This document shows positions 61,280 through 64,000 of a DNA stretch of 64,000 bases, piece by piece. The notes beneath the pieces were generated by a model. It saw only the letters and a list, made by a program, of their open reading frames with translations. It did no database searches and was not told the DNA's origin. Origin of the DNA: Salpingoeca rosetta. Its lineage: Eukaryota > Protista > Choanoflagellata. The stretch's first letter is position 1. Each line of letters starts with the position of its first letter. Location of the stretch: contig JAWQFM010000018.1 in NCBI GenBank assembly GCA_033442325.1, positions 330,536-394,535 of the forward strand, written 5' to 3'. A program made the position numbers and the translations under genes.

Positions 61280-63517
61280 TGTGTGACAGCTGTTGCATCA
61301 GAGCTTGGTTCAGCTGTGACAGCATCTGACGCTGTGGCTGCTTCTGCTGCTGTTGCTGCTTGTCCTGATCCAGGCTGTTGTTGCGCGTGCGTGCTGACNN
61401 NNNNNNNNNNNNNNNNNNNNNNNNNNNNNNNNNNNNNNNNNNNNNNNNNNNNNNNNNNNNNNNNNNNNNNNNNNNNNNNNNNNNNNNNNNNNNNNNNNCC
61501 AGCTGCTCCTCCTCCTGCTGCTGCTGCGCTGACGCGGGAGCTGAGTGGCACGTGCGGCAGTCGACGCTGACGATCTGATGATGCTGCTGTGTCTTCACGG
61601 GAGGTGACGCTGAATGGAGCAACGCACAACGCAAGGGTACGCAATGTGAGTGAAGGAACAATAACATACGCGCACACAAGACCACACAAGACACACACAC
61701 GCACACACACACACGCACACACACAGCCCCATGCATGCACGAACATACTCCCAATTGCAATGCTCACCTCCCGGCTGCTGCAGAGGGCCGCTGGCGGCAA
61801 GAGCGGGTACTGCCCGTTCATGCTCATCCACCATACGAACCCGGCGTATCAGCCGCTCGGTCATCCTTGCAGCCGATGCCGCTGTTGTCCGTGCCTCCAC
61901 CGAGGGTTGCACTGGATGGACCAAGCAACGCACACCACAGCACAAGAGCAGTGAGCACACGTGTCAAGTGTGAACTCAGACAGGAGAAAAACTGACACAC
62001 GAAACCAGGAACACGTGCACAATTATATTGTTACGACACACACACACGCACACACACACACACGCACACACACGCACGCACACATACAACCACACAGCAG
62101 CGCACACCTCGCGTTCGCGGTGGAGGGGTGAAGATCTCGGGGCCAAGCGGCTGGCCATGCTGGTCGACAGAGTTTCCAACACCCACGAACGGCTCCACGC
62201 ACAAGCAGAACTCATCAATAATCTTCGCAATGGCGTCCTCCCCACCAGGCAGCACGCCCCTCCGATCTGCAAGCACAGGGTCCGCCCCGAGCGTCAGCAG
62301 CAGGGCGACAAGATCTCGGTCCTTCATCTTGCACGCCCACGTCAGCGCGTTGCAGCCTGCGTCGTCCACAGTGGCCACAAGAATGTCGGGCTGCTGCACA
62401 ACAGCATCCACGAGCCTGTGCACCGCAGACATGCGCTCCCCGCCACTCGTGCCCGCAATGCTCGTCACGGCGCTAATGTCAGGGGTGTCAGCATCGATGC
62501 GGGCGCGATTGCGGACGTGGGCCACGTCTTCTGCTGCCGTAGACACCATGCGCCTGTTCCTCTGCTTGCGCAGTGCTCGCAGCAGCTTGCCCACACGCTT
62601 CCCAAGCTGCCGCAGCCACCCCTGGGTAGCGTCGTGTGCCCTCACCGTGGACCGCATGCACGCCCGCCGTGCCTCATGCACGATGGCTGCAACAATGACG
62701 GGCACTGTGCGCCACGCCATCTGAAGTTGCGTGCAGACGGCGCCGTCGCCACGATCATTCGGCACATCCCCCATGCTGCTCAGCTCAGTGCGCACAAGCG
62801 CAACAATGCGGTATGTGGACGGCACAGCACGGCGGGAACCACTGCGCCGCGCCTTGGGTGGGGCTTGCACGCATGCAAACTTGTGCGGGACGTACACCCC
62901 CTGCAGCAACTCGCGGCGAACCGCCGTCAGCTGCGCTGCGAGCGACGCAGGGGGGCCAGCCAACACCACCAGCGGCATGTGAAGACGCGGCACAGCTACC
63001 ACCAAGTCGCAGGCAAACCGTGCACCATCACCAAGGTCGGCGCACGCAACGTGCACCTCGCCGATGTACTCGCTGCCACCACCACGACCACCACCATGGA
63101 TGATGCTGCTGTTCCCATCACCAACACGGCGAAGGAAGCAGGCGGGCCTGAAGTTGCTGCTGTCGATGTGGCTGTGGTCGTCGTCAGGGCTGTTGGCGCT
63201 CAGGGGGCGAATGGTGACAGCAACAATGGGGCAATACAAGGTGTCGCCCCACTTTTCCATCTGCTGCACCTCTGCATCTTCCATGAGAACTGATGACTCA
63301 ATGGCCACCGCCACGTGCGTGCACGCAACGAAGGTGTCGATGACGTCCTGCGGAACCGCACACTCCTTCTCGTTGGACAGCCTCAGATTCTCCATACGCG
63401 CGTCCGTGATGGACACCACGCGTATGTCCATCGTGCCTGCGAAGGGTCAAACGCCACAGCAGCCGAGCCAAAGTGAGCGACAAGAGGGCAGCGGATTGCC
63501 GGGGTGAAGATGGCTCT

Positions 63518-63589
<72 letters not shown>

Positions 63590-63781
63590 AGGTAGAAGGA
63601 GGGAAGCAGACATGGGGGAAATGCACACAGCAGGCAGGGTGGAATGGGGCCAGTGCGAGCCAACATGCGCGCGCGTGTGTGTGTGCGTAGGCGTGCGCGT
63701 GCGTGTGCGTGTGCGTGTGCGTGTGCGTGTGCGTTCACCTACTACTGCCCCACAAGGGACGGGAGAAGGGCAGAGATGAGA

Positions 63782-63820
<39 letters not shown>

Positions 63821-63988
63821 CGCTGCGGGAAATGGTGTCCACACTCGCGCAGGAAGCCAGCACACGTGCACACGTCCATAAGAGAGCGCAAGTTGGCAGT
63901 AGGCCAACGGCAAGTGATACAAGAGATTGTGCGAATCTCACCGTTTTTTGTTCTTTTCGCCCAGAGCAATTCCTGCTCTCTCGTGTGA
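60924..63988 (-). CDS. Uncharacterised protein with degenerate C2-like N-terminal region, ankyrin repeat(s) and polyQ/acidic tail (5'-partial)
   Basis: Large exon ~63436-62109 with ankyrin 'DAGCNALTWACKMKDRDLVALLLTLGADPVLADRRG'. Downstream exons run to a stop at 60924. Upstream exon 63988-63942. Interrupted by an N gap. Confidence 0.65.
61399..61498. other. Assembly gap (100 N) in a Gln-rich coding region
   Basis: Run of N. Confidence 1.
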
Positions 63989-64000
63989 CTGCAGGTGCAG

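Noticed and set aside
62028-63293. 421-aa plus-strand ORF
   Set aside because: Antisense shadow of the ankyrin-containing minus-strand exon.

Overview
Gene-dense, intron-rich eukaryotic DNA. Nearly every intron carries (CA)n/(GT)n microsatellites and coding exons are GC-rich. Style and gene content fit a choanoflagellate such as Salpingoeca rosetta (inferred, not verified). Most entries in the ORF track are microsatellite artefacts, so genes were rebuilt by hand from GT-AG splice sites. About 15 genes are present: a 5'-partial FN3 receptor with an RPTP-type juxtamembrane domain but no phosphatase domain, an unknown multi-pass membrane protein, TMEM170, an LRR receptor TKL kinase, a secreted cubilin-NTD-like/EAR-repeat-like protein, a divergent P-loop GTPase-like protein, WDR33, a Cys-rich/SAM/RING protein, a second unknown membrane protein, CDC123 (apparently missing its middle), RidA, a C2-AGC kinase (Ypk1/Gad8 type), a secreted six-unit WSC protein, a single-WSC receptor and a partial ankyrin protein. 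The most striking feature is the locus at 48.5-59.4 kb. There, a recently expanded tandem array of 4-exon WSC modules sits directly upstream of a paralogous gene in which one WSC module is joined to an Atg27/cation-dependent mannose-6-phosphate-receptor-type TM and cytosolic tail. This is a candidate soluble-plus-endocytic glycan-recognition system, with splice phases that would allow combinatorial isoforms. Two 100-N assembly gaps are present. All domain calls come from motif recognition by eye; no searches were run.
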